Both the position numbers and the translations under genes were made by a program. Below, in pieces: positions 1 to 9,433 of a stretch of 64,000 nt of DNA. Every line of letters begins with the position of its first letter. The stretch's first letter is position 1. The notes under the pieces are model-generated. The model worked only from the letters and a program-made list of their open reading frames with translations. It did no database searches and had not been told where the DNA came from. Source of the DNA: Candidatus Dormiibacterota bacterium (lineage in GTDB: Bacteria > Chloroflexota > Dormibacteria > Aeolococcales > Aeolococcaceae); contig OY970355.1 of NCBI GenBank assembly GCA_963718525.1, forward strand, positions 3,040,001 to 3,104,000, in the 5' to 3' direction.

Positions 1-124
1 GGTCGCGGTTGCAGGTTCGTAAAGACGGGCAACGCGTTCGTAACCGGCGCAATCCCGCAGCGGAGCGGTGCTACCTTGCGCCAATGGGCACGTTTGCTGC
101 GGTTGCTCCAAAGCTGAGGAACGG

Positions 125-937
125 ATGACAACGTTTACGGAATCGATCCTCGCGCCGCTGGGTCATGGCGTCGTCCGGGCTCCGGCCGAGGCCACGGTGC
201 TGGTGATCGACGATGACCTGGCCATGCGCGACATCCTTGCCACCGTCGCTCAGCAGCACGGATTCGGCCTGCAGTTCGCCGAGGACGGCGCCGAAGGCCT
301 GCGCCTCGCCGAGCAGAGCGACGTCGACCTCATCCTCCTTGACCTCAGCTTGCCCGGGATGCCCGGCCTCGACGTCTGCCGCCGGCTCCGAGGAGCCGGT
401 GTGGAAGTCCCGATCATCATCCTGTCGGCCAGCACGGACACCGTCGACATCGTCGTGGCGCTCGAGATCGGCGCCGACGACTACATCGCCAAACCGTTCG
501 AGATCCGCGAGCTCGCGGCACGCGTCAACGCCAAGCTGCGCCGCCAGCGGACCACCCAGTCGCAGGTCCGCCCTGGGCGGCTCAAGTTCCCCGGCCTGAT
601 CGTCGACATCGGCAGGCACGAGGTGCTTCGCGACGGCGAGTCGGTCAATCTCACCCCGACTGAGTTCGACCTGCTCGCCCTGCTCTCAGCGTCACCGGGG
701 CGGGTCATCTCACGCTCCGAGATGATCCAGAAGGTCTGGGGCCAGGGCGCCGACCTCGACCTGCGCAGCGTCGATGCCCATGTGTACCGGCTGCGCCGGA
801 AGATCGAGCCGACCGGTCCGCGACCGACCTATATCCATGCGGTCCCGGGGATCGGCTACCGATTCGAGCGTCGCGGCCTCAACGAGCGGCTGTCGCGCAA
901 TGGCACCGCGAGCGACGAGACCGGCCTAACCGGCTGA
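125..937 (+). CDS. OmpR/PhoB-family DNA-binding response regulator (MtrA-like)
   Basis: Receiver (VLVIDDD, LILLDLSLP, GADDYIAKPF) plus winged helix (LTPTEFDLL, VDAHVYRLRRKIE, VPGIGYRF). TDTVDIVVALEIGADDY resembles MtrA. ATG 125 follows GAGGA. No cognate kinase adjacent in the window. Confidence 0.9.
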   Translation: MTTFTESILAPLGHGVVRAPAEATVLVIDDDLAMRDILATVAQQHGFGLQFAEDGAEGLRLAEQSDVDLILLDLSLPGMPGLDVCRRLRGAGVEVPIIILSASTDTVDIVVALEIGADDYIAKPFEIRELAARVNAKLRRQRTTQSQVRPGRLKFPGLIVDIGRHEVLRDGESVNLTPTEFDLLALLSASPGRVISRSEMIQKVWGQGADLDLRSVDAHVYRLRRKIEPTGPRPTYIHAVPGIGYRFERRGLNERLSRNGTASDETGLTG

Positions 938-1303
938 CCAGGGCGGTTGTGACCATGCGCTCCGTGTGGCCAGGCTCCGGGGCAGCGTTCGCCGTTGCGG
1001 CGCACCCAACTCCTCCACGAGCACGAGCTGTCCCCGATCGTTCAACGTCGCGGGCCGCGCCTCGACGATCTGGTCGCGCAGCAATGAGAGCGCGCGCCCG
1101 TGCGGCCGCTGGAACTCATAACACACCGCCTCCCGGCCGTCCCACAGCCGCCGCTTCGACGAGCCGGTATAGATCGCGAGGCTCCGGGTGACCCGCCGCT
1201 GCTGCGGGGTTCTCACGGTGTACGAGATTCGATACATCTCCCCCCGCCGCAACTGGAAACGTTCCACCTCTCCGTGATGCCCTGCACTCTGTGCATTCAT
1301 CAT
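926..1303 (-). CDS. Small basic hypothetical protein
   Basis: Fills the gap between the regulator and parA, divergent from parA. Protein-like core MYRISYTVRT...VCYEFQRP. Start uncertain (ATG 1303/1300). Confidence 0.5.
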   Translation of the reverse strand: MMNAQSAGHHGEVERFQLRRGEMYRISYTVRTPQQRRVTRSLAIYTGSSKRRLWDGREAVCYEFQRPHGRALSLLRDQIVEARPATLNDRGQLVLVEELGAPQRRTLPRSLATRSAWSQPPWSAG

Positions 1304-1349
1304 CGTTTGCAAGTATTGACGCGTTCTGTGCGATGCGCTCGGACCCCGC

Positions 1350-1365
1350 GTGACGCCCAGGTCAC
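1350..1365. promoter_or_regulatory. Candidate transcription-factor site GTGAC-N6-GTCAC
   Basis: Perfect GTNAC-N6-GTNAC (also palindromic) in the divergent intergenic region upstream of parA. It has the form of MtrA/GlnR-type boxes. Confidence 0.4.
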
Positions 1366-1452
1366 AGAGCGTCATCGTGTCTTCGGACCCTTCGCTCGCC
1401 CAGATCCGCAATGGCTATCGAGTGGCGGTGCAAACTATCGTGCAGGTTTCAG

Positions 1453-2241
1453 GTGACCGTATCCATCGCATGCGTTTCCGGCAAGGGCGGCGTGGGCAAG
1501 ACCACGACCGTCATCAACCTCGGCGCCGCGCTCGCCGAGCGTGGTAAGCGCGTGCTCCTCGTTGATTGCGATCCGCAGTCGAACCTCACCAGCGGGGTCG
1601 GTCTTGATCCCTACGACGAGCGCCCCGGTGTCGCCGCGGTGATCGGGGGACACGTCGACGCGGCGGCAGCGATCACCGAGACCAGTTGGGCGAACCTGTG
1701 GGTGCTGCCGGCGTCGCCCGACCTTTCGGCCGTGGAGGGCGAGCTCAAGTCCTCAATAGACAAGGAGCTGGTGCTGCGCGACGCGCTCCGCCGCGACGGC
1801 GCCCGCGCCGGCTTCGACTACGTGCTCTTCGATACACCACCGAGCTTCGGATTCCAGACCATCAGCGCCCTCGCCGCGGCAGGCGAGGTGCTCATCCCCG
1901 TGCAGATGTCGGGATTCGCCATTCGCGGCCTCAAGGAGGTGCTGCGCACGGTGCATCTGGTCCGGGGACGGCTCAATCCCGACCTTGCGATCCTCGGGAT
2001 CGTTCCAACGTTCGTCAACCTGCGGACGCGCTTCAGCCGCCAGCTCCTGGACGGTCTGTGCGAGCTCGCCAACATCCGCGTCTTCGCCACGGTCATCACC
2101 CCGACGGTCAAGCTCCAGGAGACGTCGCTCGCCGGCATTCCGATCACCGCCTACGCGTCGTCGTCGAAGGCCGCCGCCGCCTACCGTGAGCTTGCCGGCG
2201 AGATCGACGGCGATGAGGCGGAGGTTGCAGCCGGTGTCTGA
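1453..2241 (+). CDS. ParA/Soj-family ATPase
   Basis: Deviant Walker [19 protein letters not shown], Walker B FDTPP. GTG 1453 chosen as start. Confidence 0.92.
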   Translation: MTVSIACVSGKGGVGKTTTVINLGAALAERGKRVLLVDCDPQSNLTSGVGLDPYDERPGVAAVIGGHVDAAAAITETSWANLWVLPASPDLSAVEGELKSSIDKELVLRDALRRDGARAGFDYVLFDTPPSFGFQTISALAAAGEVLIPVQMSGFAIRGLKEVLRTVHLVRGRLNPDLAILGIVPTFVNLRTRFSRQLLDGLCELANIRVFATVITPTVKLQETSLAGIPITAYASSSKAAAAYRELAGEIDGDEAEVAAGV

Positions 2242-2911
2242 GATCGGCGAGCGCTCGGCTCCACCCGTCAACGGACCGCCGCTGTCGGGCCCGATGGCTC
2301 GCTGGCTCGCACCCACTTCCGAGTCGCGTATCGAGCGGATCGCCATCGACGCCGTGCACGACCGGCCGTGGTGGCCTGGAAGCGAAGTCGACGCGGTGAC
2401 TCTCGCCGCGCTCCGATCGAGCATTGCCTCCCGCGGCATCATCGAGCCCCTGCTCCTGCGCCGGCGGGGCTCGGACCGGTTCGAGGTGGTGTGTGGGTCA
2501 CGGCAACTCCGAGCGGCACGCGACCTCGGCCAATCCCACATTCCGGCGATCGTCCGGGAGCTCTCAGAACGCGAAGCCCTTCTGGTCGCCGCCTGGACGA
2601 CAGTGGAACGCCGCCAGCACACTGGCGATCGCACGGCGCTGGGCGAGCGCCTGCTCGCGGCAGGCTTCACCCCGGAGGAGACCCGCCTCCTCGCCGACAC
2701 AGCGTCGCTGGCCGCGCAGACGCCGGCCGCACACGGCAACGCTCCCGCATTCGTGCTCCGGCCTGACCCGCTGTCGCGACCGCGCCGCCTTGCCGCCGAC
2801 ATCGCGTTCGATCTGCCGCATGCCGACGCCCTTCCGCAGATGGCGCCTGAGGCGCTGATCACTGCGCTCACCGCCCTCGATGGGGTGAGTCTGGTCGCCC
2901 TGGTGCGGTGA
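2234..2911 (+). CDS. ParB N-terminal (ParB/Srx) domain protein with degenerate motifs
   Basis: [14 protein letters not shown]...[13 protein letters not shown]...IPAIVREL is the ParB N-domain signature. GTG 2234 overlaps the parA stop. No obvious HTH. Confidence 0.75.
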   Translation: MSEIGERSAPPVNGPPLSGPMARWLAPTSESRIERIAIDAVHDRPWWPGSEVDAVTLAALRSSIASRGIIEPLLLRRRGSDRFEVVCGSRQLRAARDLGQSHIPAIVRELSEREALLVAAWTTVERRQHTGDRTALGERLLAAGFTPEETRLLADTASLAAQTPAAHGNAPAFVLRPDPLSRPRRLAADIAFDLPHADALPQMAPEALITALTALDGVSLVALVR

Positions 2912-3432
2912 GCTCTGTCCCCCGTCACTCCGAGGAAGAGCTTCGCCAGCAGTGGGCATTCCTCGACGCGCTGGTGGACCGCCAAGCAGCAAGCTTGAAA
3001 TCTGGCGTTCAGGACCCTGAGGAGGACGATCGCATCGTTCCGATGGTCGCGCCCGACGCGAACTACCTCGAGGAGATCTCGACGCTCACGGAGCGCGTCA
3101 CCACACTTGAGGATGAGCGGGTGACGCTGCTCCGCCGTATCGATCTCGCCGAGGAAGCTCGTGTGGCCGCGGAGCAGGCGCGGGCCACGGCTGATGCGGC
3201 GCGTCTGGCCGCCGAGCACGCGCTCGCCGAGGAGCGCTCGCGCCCGAGGCCGAGCTCCGGCCCCGCAGCGCCCGCCCCGCCACGGATGCCTGCGACAGCC
3301 GCGCCTCCCGCCACCTACACCTACCCGCGGCCCGCCGTCCGAGGCGTGACAGCCAGGGGCGGCACCCCTCCGCCTCAGGCGACGCCGCCGAAACCCCGAC
3401 GCAAGACCTGGTGGCAGCGGATCAGGGAGTAA
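2908..3432 (+). CDS. Coiled-coil hypothetical protein with Pro-rich linker and C-terminal RRKTWWQRIRE tail
   Basis: GTGA overlap with the upstream stop. Heptad-like LEEISTLTERVTTLEDERVTLLRRI. Confidence 0.7.
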   Translation: MSSVPRHSEEELRQQWAFLDALVDRQAASLKSGVQDPEEDDRIVPMVAPDANYLEEISTLTERVTTLEDERVTLLRRIDLAEEARVAAEQARATADAARLAAEHALAEERSRPRPSSGPAAPAPPRMPATAAPPATYTYPRPAVRGVTARGGTPPPQATPPKPRRKTWWQRIRE

Positions 3433-4204
3433 CTGCTCCGGCCGGTTTCGGCCGCCTCCCCTGCGCCATGCCGACGAACTGGCGCAGCGCCTCGGTCGGC
3501 GACGGACGGGTCGCCACCTCACGCAGCAGCATCTTGCTTTCGGAGAGCAATTCCTGATCCGGAAGCTCGCCTCGGCCTGACGTGGCCACGACCCAGCCCG
3601 GGGAGTACCAGAGCACTGTCTCGAAGGCGAGCCCGCTGAGGGTCAGTCCGTTGAGCAGCGAGTCGGTGATCCTCGAGAGCGGCCGTTTCGCGTTCGTGAC
3701 CACGATGCCGCGAATTCGATCGAGCACATCGATCTGCTGAGCAAGTCCGACGGTCAACGCCGCTGCGCGCAGCGAGAGGATGTCGAGCGCTGTGGGAATG
3801 ACGATTCGGTCCGCAGCGCCCATCGGTCCCACCAGCGAGGGCTCGTGAGGATGCGTGTCGAGCAGGATGATGTCGCATTCGTCACGAACGTCGGCAAGCA
3901 TCTCGTCGAGCTGTTCCTTCGAGGGCGACTCCTCGTTGAGGCTTCGATGCGACGCGACGGTGCGGATGCCGAGCGGGTGATCGATCAGCGCATCACGCAA
4001 TGTGACTCGCCCGTGCAGGACGTCCATGACGGTAACGCTGCGTTTGGCCCGCTCCAGCGCATTGCTCAATCCGCCGGTGGGATCGAGATCGATTGCGATG
4101 ACTTTGAGACCACCCGCGGCGGCGGCCGCACACAGCGCATAGCTGCTGGTTGTCTTTCCGACACCACCTTTTAGCGACGCAATCGTGATGACTTCTGCAG
4201 GCAC
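3422..4204 (-). CDS. Second ParA/MinD-family ATPase
   Basis: [28 protein letters not shown] 4204 chosen as start. Confidence 0.88.
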   Translation of the reverse strand: MPAEVITIASLKGGVGKTTSSYALCAAAAAGGLKVIAIDLDPTGGLSNALERAKRSVTVMDVLHGRVTLRDALIDHPLGIRTVASHRSLNEESPSKEQLDEMLADVRDECDIILLDTHPHEPSLVGPMGAADRIVIPTALDILSLRAAALTVGLAQQIDVLDRIRGIVVTNAKRPLSRITDSLLNGLTLSGLAFETVLWYSPGWVVATSGRGELPDQELLSESKMLLREVATRPSPTEALRQFVGMAQGRRPKPAGAVTP

Positions 4205-4209
4205 GACCG

Positions 4210-4216
4210 TAGAATA
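4210..4216. promoter_or_regulatory. Overlapping divergent -10 elements (TAGAAT on +, TATTCT on -), probable leaderless promoters
   Basis: Only 19 bp separate divergent starts 4204 and 4224. Both hexamers fit TANNNT and lie 6-8 nt from the start codons. No room for an RBS. Confidence 0.55.
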
Positions 4217-4223
4217 TCCGCAC

Positions 4224-6732
4224 ATGGCCACCGCGGCGCCCCATGTCAAGCTACTGCGACAGCTTGCCAGCGCCAAAGATGATTATCTAAGCGGCGCGTT
4301 CGACATTTCCTGGGACGGCGCCAAGGCGACGCTCTACCTGGTTTTCGGACGGCCGAGCCACGCCGTCTTCGAGGAAGGGCAGGAACAGATCGAAGGGGAA
4401 GCGGCGATCGACGCGCTGCTCGCCGCACTCCCGAGAGCGTTCACCGTCTCTGACTGGCGGCGTGCGATGTCACCCCACGAGACTTCTGTCGATCACCATC
4501 GATGAGCTCGCGGGACCCTTTGTGCGCCTCGCCGGCTCGTACGCTGACGATCCCGTTACCGACGAGAGCCCCGAATGGTGGAGCGCCATCGACGACTCGC
4601 CCGATCTGCCCTTCGGGCTGGCGGACTTTCCATTGCTGCCCGGCGGACGTCCGCTCTGGCTCGAGGCATCGCCGGATGAGGTGCATCTCAGCGATCGTCT
4701 CGCTCAGCTCCCACCCTCGATCGTGATCCTCACCGGAGCAAAGCTTCGCGCTGCAGCTGTCGTGAGCGGCGGCGATCTGATCGACGCGGTCTGGCTCGAC
4801 GCTGACGATCACGCACGCGGCGAAACGGCCGGCCTGGCGCTGCTTGGAGCAACCAAGGGGTCGCTGGCCGGCTATGCGCTGGACGATCCCAGGGTCGCGG
4901 AGGCCCTCACCATGCTGTGGCGACTCCCCGTGGCGGTGAGTGACGTCGAGCTCGCGTGGCTCGACCCGGCTTCGATGCTTGCGGCATTCCGAGCCGACGG
5001 CCTGGATCGTGTGCTCGTCATCGACGCCCCGGTTCGCGGCATCGCGCTGTTCAGTCGCGGCGGATTGGTCGCCGTCTACTCCGAGACCCAGCGGTCTGCG
5101 GTTGCATCGCCCGAGCGGTTGCGTTCCCTGCTCTCTCAGGCGCGTGGACGGCTCACCGTGATGGAGCGTAAGCCTCGTCCGCTAACGGGGGACACCGCTC
5201 CGAAACCGAGTGCCTTTGAGTTCTTCGAGGTCGCTGAGCCCGAGCCGGAGGCGCTGACGGCGGCGGTTGCCGAGTCCGCGCCCGCCGATGCCCCAGAGGC
5301 GTCGCCCGATGTCGAGCCAGTCGAGGCTGCCGACACGCCCTCGACGTTCGAGGCCGGCGAGATCGACGGCAGTAGTTCCGAGCCGGTGACCGAACCCGCG
5401 GCGCGAGCGGTCGATGTGTCAGAGCCACCTCCTCCGCCGCCTGGGGATGAGCTCCCTGCCGAGTTTGCTGACGCGCCACCTCCTCCCCCGCCGGCCGCCG
5501 AGGCGGAGGAGCCCACGCAGAAGCCAAAGCGGTCGCTCTGGGGATTCGGAAGGTCTCGGAGGTCCCGCTCCGAACGGCATGCGGCCGAGGCGGCCGCGGC
5601 GGCAGCCGAAGCCACCGCGTCGACCGAAGGCGGCGACGCCGCCACCTTTGCCGGTTGGAGCGTGCGCCAGCCGGGTCCGGAGACACAGCCTGTGTGGCAG
5701 CGATCCCACGACGCCGGAGTGCCACTCGCCCCCGAGGTCGATGCCATCGACGGCGGTTCAGACGAGGCGCCTGCCCCGACGTGGTCTGTAGCGAGGACGG
5801 AGGATAGCTCACGGGACCTCTCACCCCCGGGGGAGGCAACCGAGGCGTCAGAAGCCCGCGAGGCAGCTCCCGCGTTCGAATTCGCCGCGTTTGACGAGCC
5901 AGCCCCCGTGGCCGAGCCAGTGTCTGAACCCACGGATGACCACACGGCTGAGGAGGGCTCCGACACGTGGCTGTCGCCGTCGTGGCTTGACGACGTCGTG
6001 AACGGCGCGGCGCCTGCGACTGGAATTGAGTATGACGCGACGCCGGAGGCCGAACTGGAGTTCAGCGCAGGGCAGGACTTTGATCCCTACGGGAATGCCG
6101 CCCAGGACGACGACGAGGAGCAAGATCCCGCGAGCGAGCCGGTACATGACGCCGAGGGCGAGCCGGAGCAAGGCTCCGCGAGCGAGCCGGCGCATGACTC
6201 GGCGAGCGAGCCGGAACTCGCCGCTGCATCGTCGGCCGACGCGGAGAACGCCGACCCTATTGATGATGCCGCCCACGGTGCCGAAGCGCTGACGCAGGCG
6301 CCGGTTATGCGGACCCCGGGACCCTGGAGCTGGCCGCTGGCCGAGCCGGATGAGGACGCCCATTCCTCCGCGTCAGACCTCGAACCGGATGCGGCTGCGG
6401 TTGCGGCGCCCGGACGTGAAGACACCACGGCGACGTCCGGTCCGGATGCGGAGGCGGGTTTCTTCCATCGTGACGAACCGGTCGGCTCGCAATACGTGGA
6501 CTTCGACGAGGTGCGCAACGAGCTCGTACAGATCGGCATCGTCTGGCTCGGCGAGACCAATGCGGTGCAGGTCACAGCCCTGCTGAGCAGCACGCGCTCC
6601 ACCATCGACGACTTCGTCGCGACCATCGACACGATTCGCGGACTCCACCTCGACGGCCAGGACCCCGCTTCGATCCAGGCGATGGCTCGCGAGATGCATC
6701 AGCAGGCTGCGGAGCGGTTGTGCGGGGCGTGA
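4224..6732 (+). pseudogene. Large protein with two similar N-terminal globular modules (PATAN/DUF4388-like, tentative), a long acidic disordered linker and a C-terminal helical domain. Interrupted by one apparent +1 frameshift near 4484 (real lesion or sequence error).
   Basis: ORF 4224-4505 (SGAFDISWDGAKATLYLVFGRPSHAVF) continues into ORF 4462-6732 if one T of GACTTCTG is removed (…SPHET-LSITIDEL…). Span 2509 nt = 3n+1. Confidence 0.65.
6130..6225 (+). repeat. Four imperfect 24-nt tandem repeats (ASEPVHDA/EGEPEQGS/ASEPAHDS/ASEPELAA)
   Basis: GCGAGCGAGCCGG-type units start at 6130, 6154, 6178 and 6202. Confidence 0.7.
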
Positions 6733-6736
6733 TCCG

Positions 6737-7162
6737 GTGAACAACCAGGTGGTGAGCTGGATCCAGGATCACTCGGTCCTGGTCCTGGCCGCACTCGCCG
6801 TGGTGGAAGGGATCATCTGCCTCGCCCTGCTGCGCACGAGCCGTCACGCGAGGCACGAGATGAAGGCCGCGCAAGCGGCTGCACTCGAGTCGGCGCGCGC
6901 GGCCGCGCTCGCCGCCCCCGGTGCGATCGACCCTGAGGCGGTGCTCGCCCTTCTGCGCCAGGGTCACGCGCCGACACTCGACAACGTGTACGCGATGATG
7001 CGCCGGCGCGAACGCGAGGGAATCGACCAGCCGGATGAGCAGGAACGACGCTCGGGCAAGGCGTCCTCTGCAGCGCATGTCCCGGGGAACGGTGCGCCCA
7101 CAGGGACCACCACGCTCACGACCTCACAGGTCGAGGAGCGTCTCCGCCGCTACGAACGCTGA
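6737..7162 (+). CDS. Small membrane-anchored hypothetical protein
   Basis: One N-terminal hydrophobic helix (VLVLAALAVVEGIICLALL). Starts 4 nt after the upstream stop. Confidence 0.7.
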   Translation: MNNQVVSWIQDHSVLVLAALAVVEGIICLALLRTSRHARHEMKAAQAAALESARAAALAAPGAIDPEAVLALLRQGHAPTLDNVYAMMRRREREGIDQPDEQERRSGKASSAAHVPGNGAPTGTTTLTTSQVEERLRRYER

Positions 7163-7168
7163 GGGTCG

Positions 7169-7675
7169 CTACCTCGGGTGGCTGCGCCGCTCGAGCGATG
7201 ACGGACGTCCTCGACCACACGCCTCGGCCGCGGCGAGGAACGCCATGGCCACCGCCTCCTCACGAAGCCGCGCGATCGCGTCCTCGGTGCGGTGGAGCAC
7301 GGCCACGCTGTTGCGGATGGTCCACCCCGTTCGTCCGGATACCTTCGGCGGAAGCAGTTGCTCACCCGGCGAGCGGACCGACCAGCTTGCCGGGGATGGG
7401 CTCGCTGCTCGCGCATCGCCAGAGGGCGATCCGGGACGCCGCGCCCCTGCGTGGGATTCGGGCCGTTGTATCTCCTCGAACATAGGGTCGGAGGCGGGAG
7501 CGGACGTGGGCCAGATGATCTCGGCGGGGCGCCGAACGTCGACGCGGCTCGTGCCCGCAAGCGCGAAGAGCGCGGCGGCGAGATCCTCGCCGGAGTCGAA
7601 GGCGCTCCCCTCTCCGAACCACTCGTCGTCCTGGGCCGATGCTCCTCCCACCACCGCGATCGCCCCCGTACTCAT
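7169..7675 (-). CDS. Hypothetical protein divergent from cpaF
   Basis: Fills the gap exactly and ends 6 nt from the convergent stop. Helical ends (DLAAALFALAG; EDAIARLREEAVAMAFLAAA). ATG 7675 assumed. Confidence 0.5.
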   Translation of the reverse strand: MSTGAIAVVGGASAQDDEWFGEGSAFDSGEDLAAALFALAGTSRVDVRRPAEIIWPTSAPASDPMFEEIQRPESHAGARRPGSPSGDARAASPSPASWSVRSPGEQLLPPKVSGRTGWTIRNSVAVLHRTEDAIARLREEAVAMAFLAAAEACGRGRPSSLERRSHPR

Positions 7676-7841
7676 CACAACGGGTTGATCGTACCCGGAG
7701 GACTTAACAACTCGTGGATGTCTGGAACGCTGCGGGAATCGAACGTGTATCGAACCGGTTGCTCCCGGCAGAACAATGTGCTGCGGCGCACACAATCGGC
7801 TCGGAACCGCCACTCGTCCGAAATCCAAGGAGCATCCTCAC

Positions 7842-9011
7842 GTGAGCATGGCAGCCGCCCCGCAGAAGCTCGACAGCCGGTATCTCGAGGCTCTGGGTCC
7901 ACTGCGTCCCCTTGTCGATGACGACAGCCTGACCGAGATCATGGTCAACGGACCGGAGATGGTCTACGTGGAACGCAAGGGGAAAATCCTCCTCACCGAC
8001 ATCCGATTCGATGACGAGGCGCACCTGATGCGGGTCATCGACACCATCGGTGCCGCCGTCGGCCGCCGTATCAACTCGCGAACACCATTGATGGATGCGC
8101 GTCTGCTTGACGGCTCGCGCGTCAATGCGGCCATACCTCCGGTCGCGCTCGACGGACCGATTCTCACGATTCGAAAGTTCAGCAAGGATCCGTACCAGGT
8201 TTCCGACCTGATCGGATTCGGGACGTTGACACAGGAATCCGCCGCCTTCATCCAGGCGTGCGTGCTCGCCCGCGCCAACATCCTCGTGTCCGGTGGAACA
8301 GGCACAGGAAAGACGACGCTCCTCAACGTGTGCTCGGGCTTCATCCCCATCGACGAACGCATCGTCACCATCGAGGATGCTGCCGAGCTCCAGTTGCATC
8401 AGGAGCATGTGTGCCGTCTCGAAGCACGTCCGGCTGACGTCAACGGCGAGGGCCGCATCGCGATCCGCGAGCTGGTCATCAACTCGCTGCGTATGCGGCC
8501 CGATCGCATTGTCGTCGGCGAGTGCCGTGGCGGTGAAGCCCTGGACATGCTCCAGGCGATGAACACGGGCCACGACGGATCGCTGACCACCATCCATGCC
8601 AACAGCCCGCGCGAGACGCTGTCGAGGCTCGAGACGCTGGTGCTCATGGCCGGTCTGGACCTGCCGCTCAAGGCAATCCGTCAGCAGATCGCCGGCGCGA
8701 TCGACCTGGTCATCCAGCTGAGCCGCCTGAAGGATGGCTCGCGCAAGGTCGTCTCGGTGACGGAGATCATCGGGATGGAGGGCGAGATGATCACCGTGCA
8801 GGAGATCTTCAAGTTCGAGTCCCGCGGCGCCGACCCGTCGACCGGAAAGATCATCGGCGAGTTCGAGCCGACGGGCATCCGGCCGCGGATCATTGACAGG
8901 CTGTTCGACATGGGCATCCCACTGCCTCCGCGCCTCGCGCAGATCTTCCCGGACCGCCGCCAGGTGGGCGTCGCGGCCGAGAAGAACGGCCACCTCAGCG
9001 GGGTCGCGTAG
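7842..9011 (+). CDS. cpaF: Tad pilus assembly ATPase CpaF/TadA, short paralogue
   Basis: LGPL...EIMVNGP, Walker A GGTGTGKTT, TIEDAAEL, LRMRPDRIVVGECRGGE, AMNTGHDGSLTTIHAN. AAGGAG upstream of GTG 7842. Confidence 0.95.
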   Translation: MSMAAAPQKLDSRYLEALGPLRPLVDDDSLTEIMVNGPEMVYVERKGKILLTDIRFDDEAHLMRVIDTIGAAVGRRINSRTPLMDARLLDGSRVNAAIPPVALDGPILTIRKFSKDPYQVSDLIGFGTLTQESAAFIQACVLARANILVSGGTGTGKTTLLNVCSGFIPIDERIVTIEDAAELQLHQEHVCRLEARPADVNGEGRIAIRELVINSLRMRPDRIVVGECRGGEALDMLQAMNTGHDGSLTTIHANSPRETLSRLETLVLMAGLDLPLKAIRQQIAGAIDLVIQLSRLKDGSRKVVSVTEIIGMEGEMITVQEIFKFESRGADPSTGKIIGEFEPTGIRPRIIDRLFDMGIPLPPRLAQIFPDRRQVGVAAEKNGHLSGVA

Positions 9012-9433
9012 GCAGCGTTTCCTGGTCGGGACGGTCGCGTGTTCGCGTCCACCGATAGCCTGGAGGTCAGAGCGAACGAATCCGTAGCACTCTGACCGCG
9101 TGCGAGGCAGCAGGCAAGAGCAACCGATCTAGTTGGCCGACGGGTGCGTCGCTATCGCCCGAATAGGAGTATCGGCTCAAACTCGGGAGGGCGTCGTCGG
9201 GTGTGCAACTTCTCGGCTGTGAATGAACCTCGTCCAGGAAACTCATCGCGCAGCCGATGCGGCGACTAGCAATCGGCACCTTCCCAACGCCCACGCCCCT
9301 CCGGTGTGGGCAGTAGGCCGAGCCGTGAAAGTGAGGCTCCATCATCAGACGCAAGGGTCACGACGCCGTAGGCTCTTTGTGACGATTCGCCGGCCTTCAC
9401 TCTGGCGTCGCGAGTCCCAGGGATGATCTCGGC

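Noticed and set aside
1753-3522. 589-aa minus-strand ORF, and similar long ORFs such as 13366-14991 (+), 33818-35359 (+), 55742-57355 (+) and 60043-61395 (-)
   Set aside because: Antisense shadows of well-supported genes, expected in high-GC DNA, with no recognisable motifs.
6130-6225. 24-nt repeats as a CRISPR array
   Set aside because: In-frame, degenerate, without spacers or cas genes; a coding low-complexity repeat.
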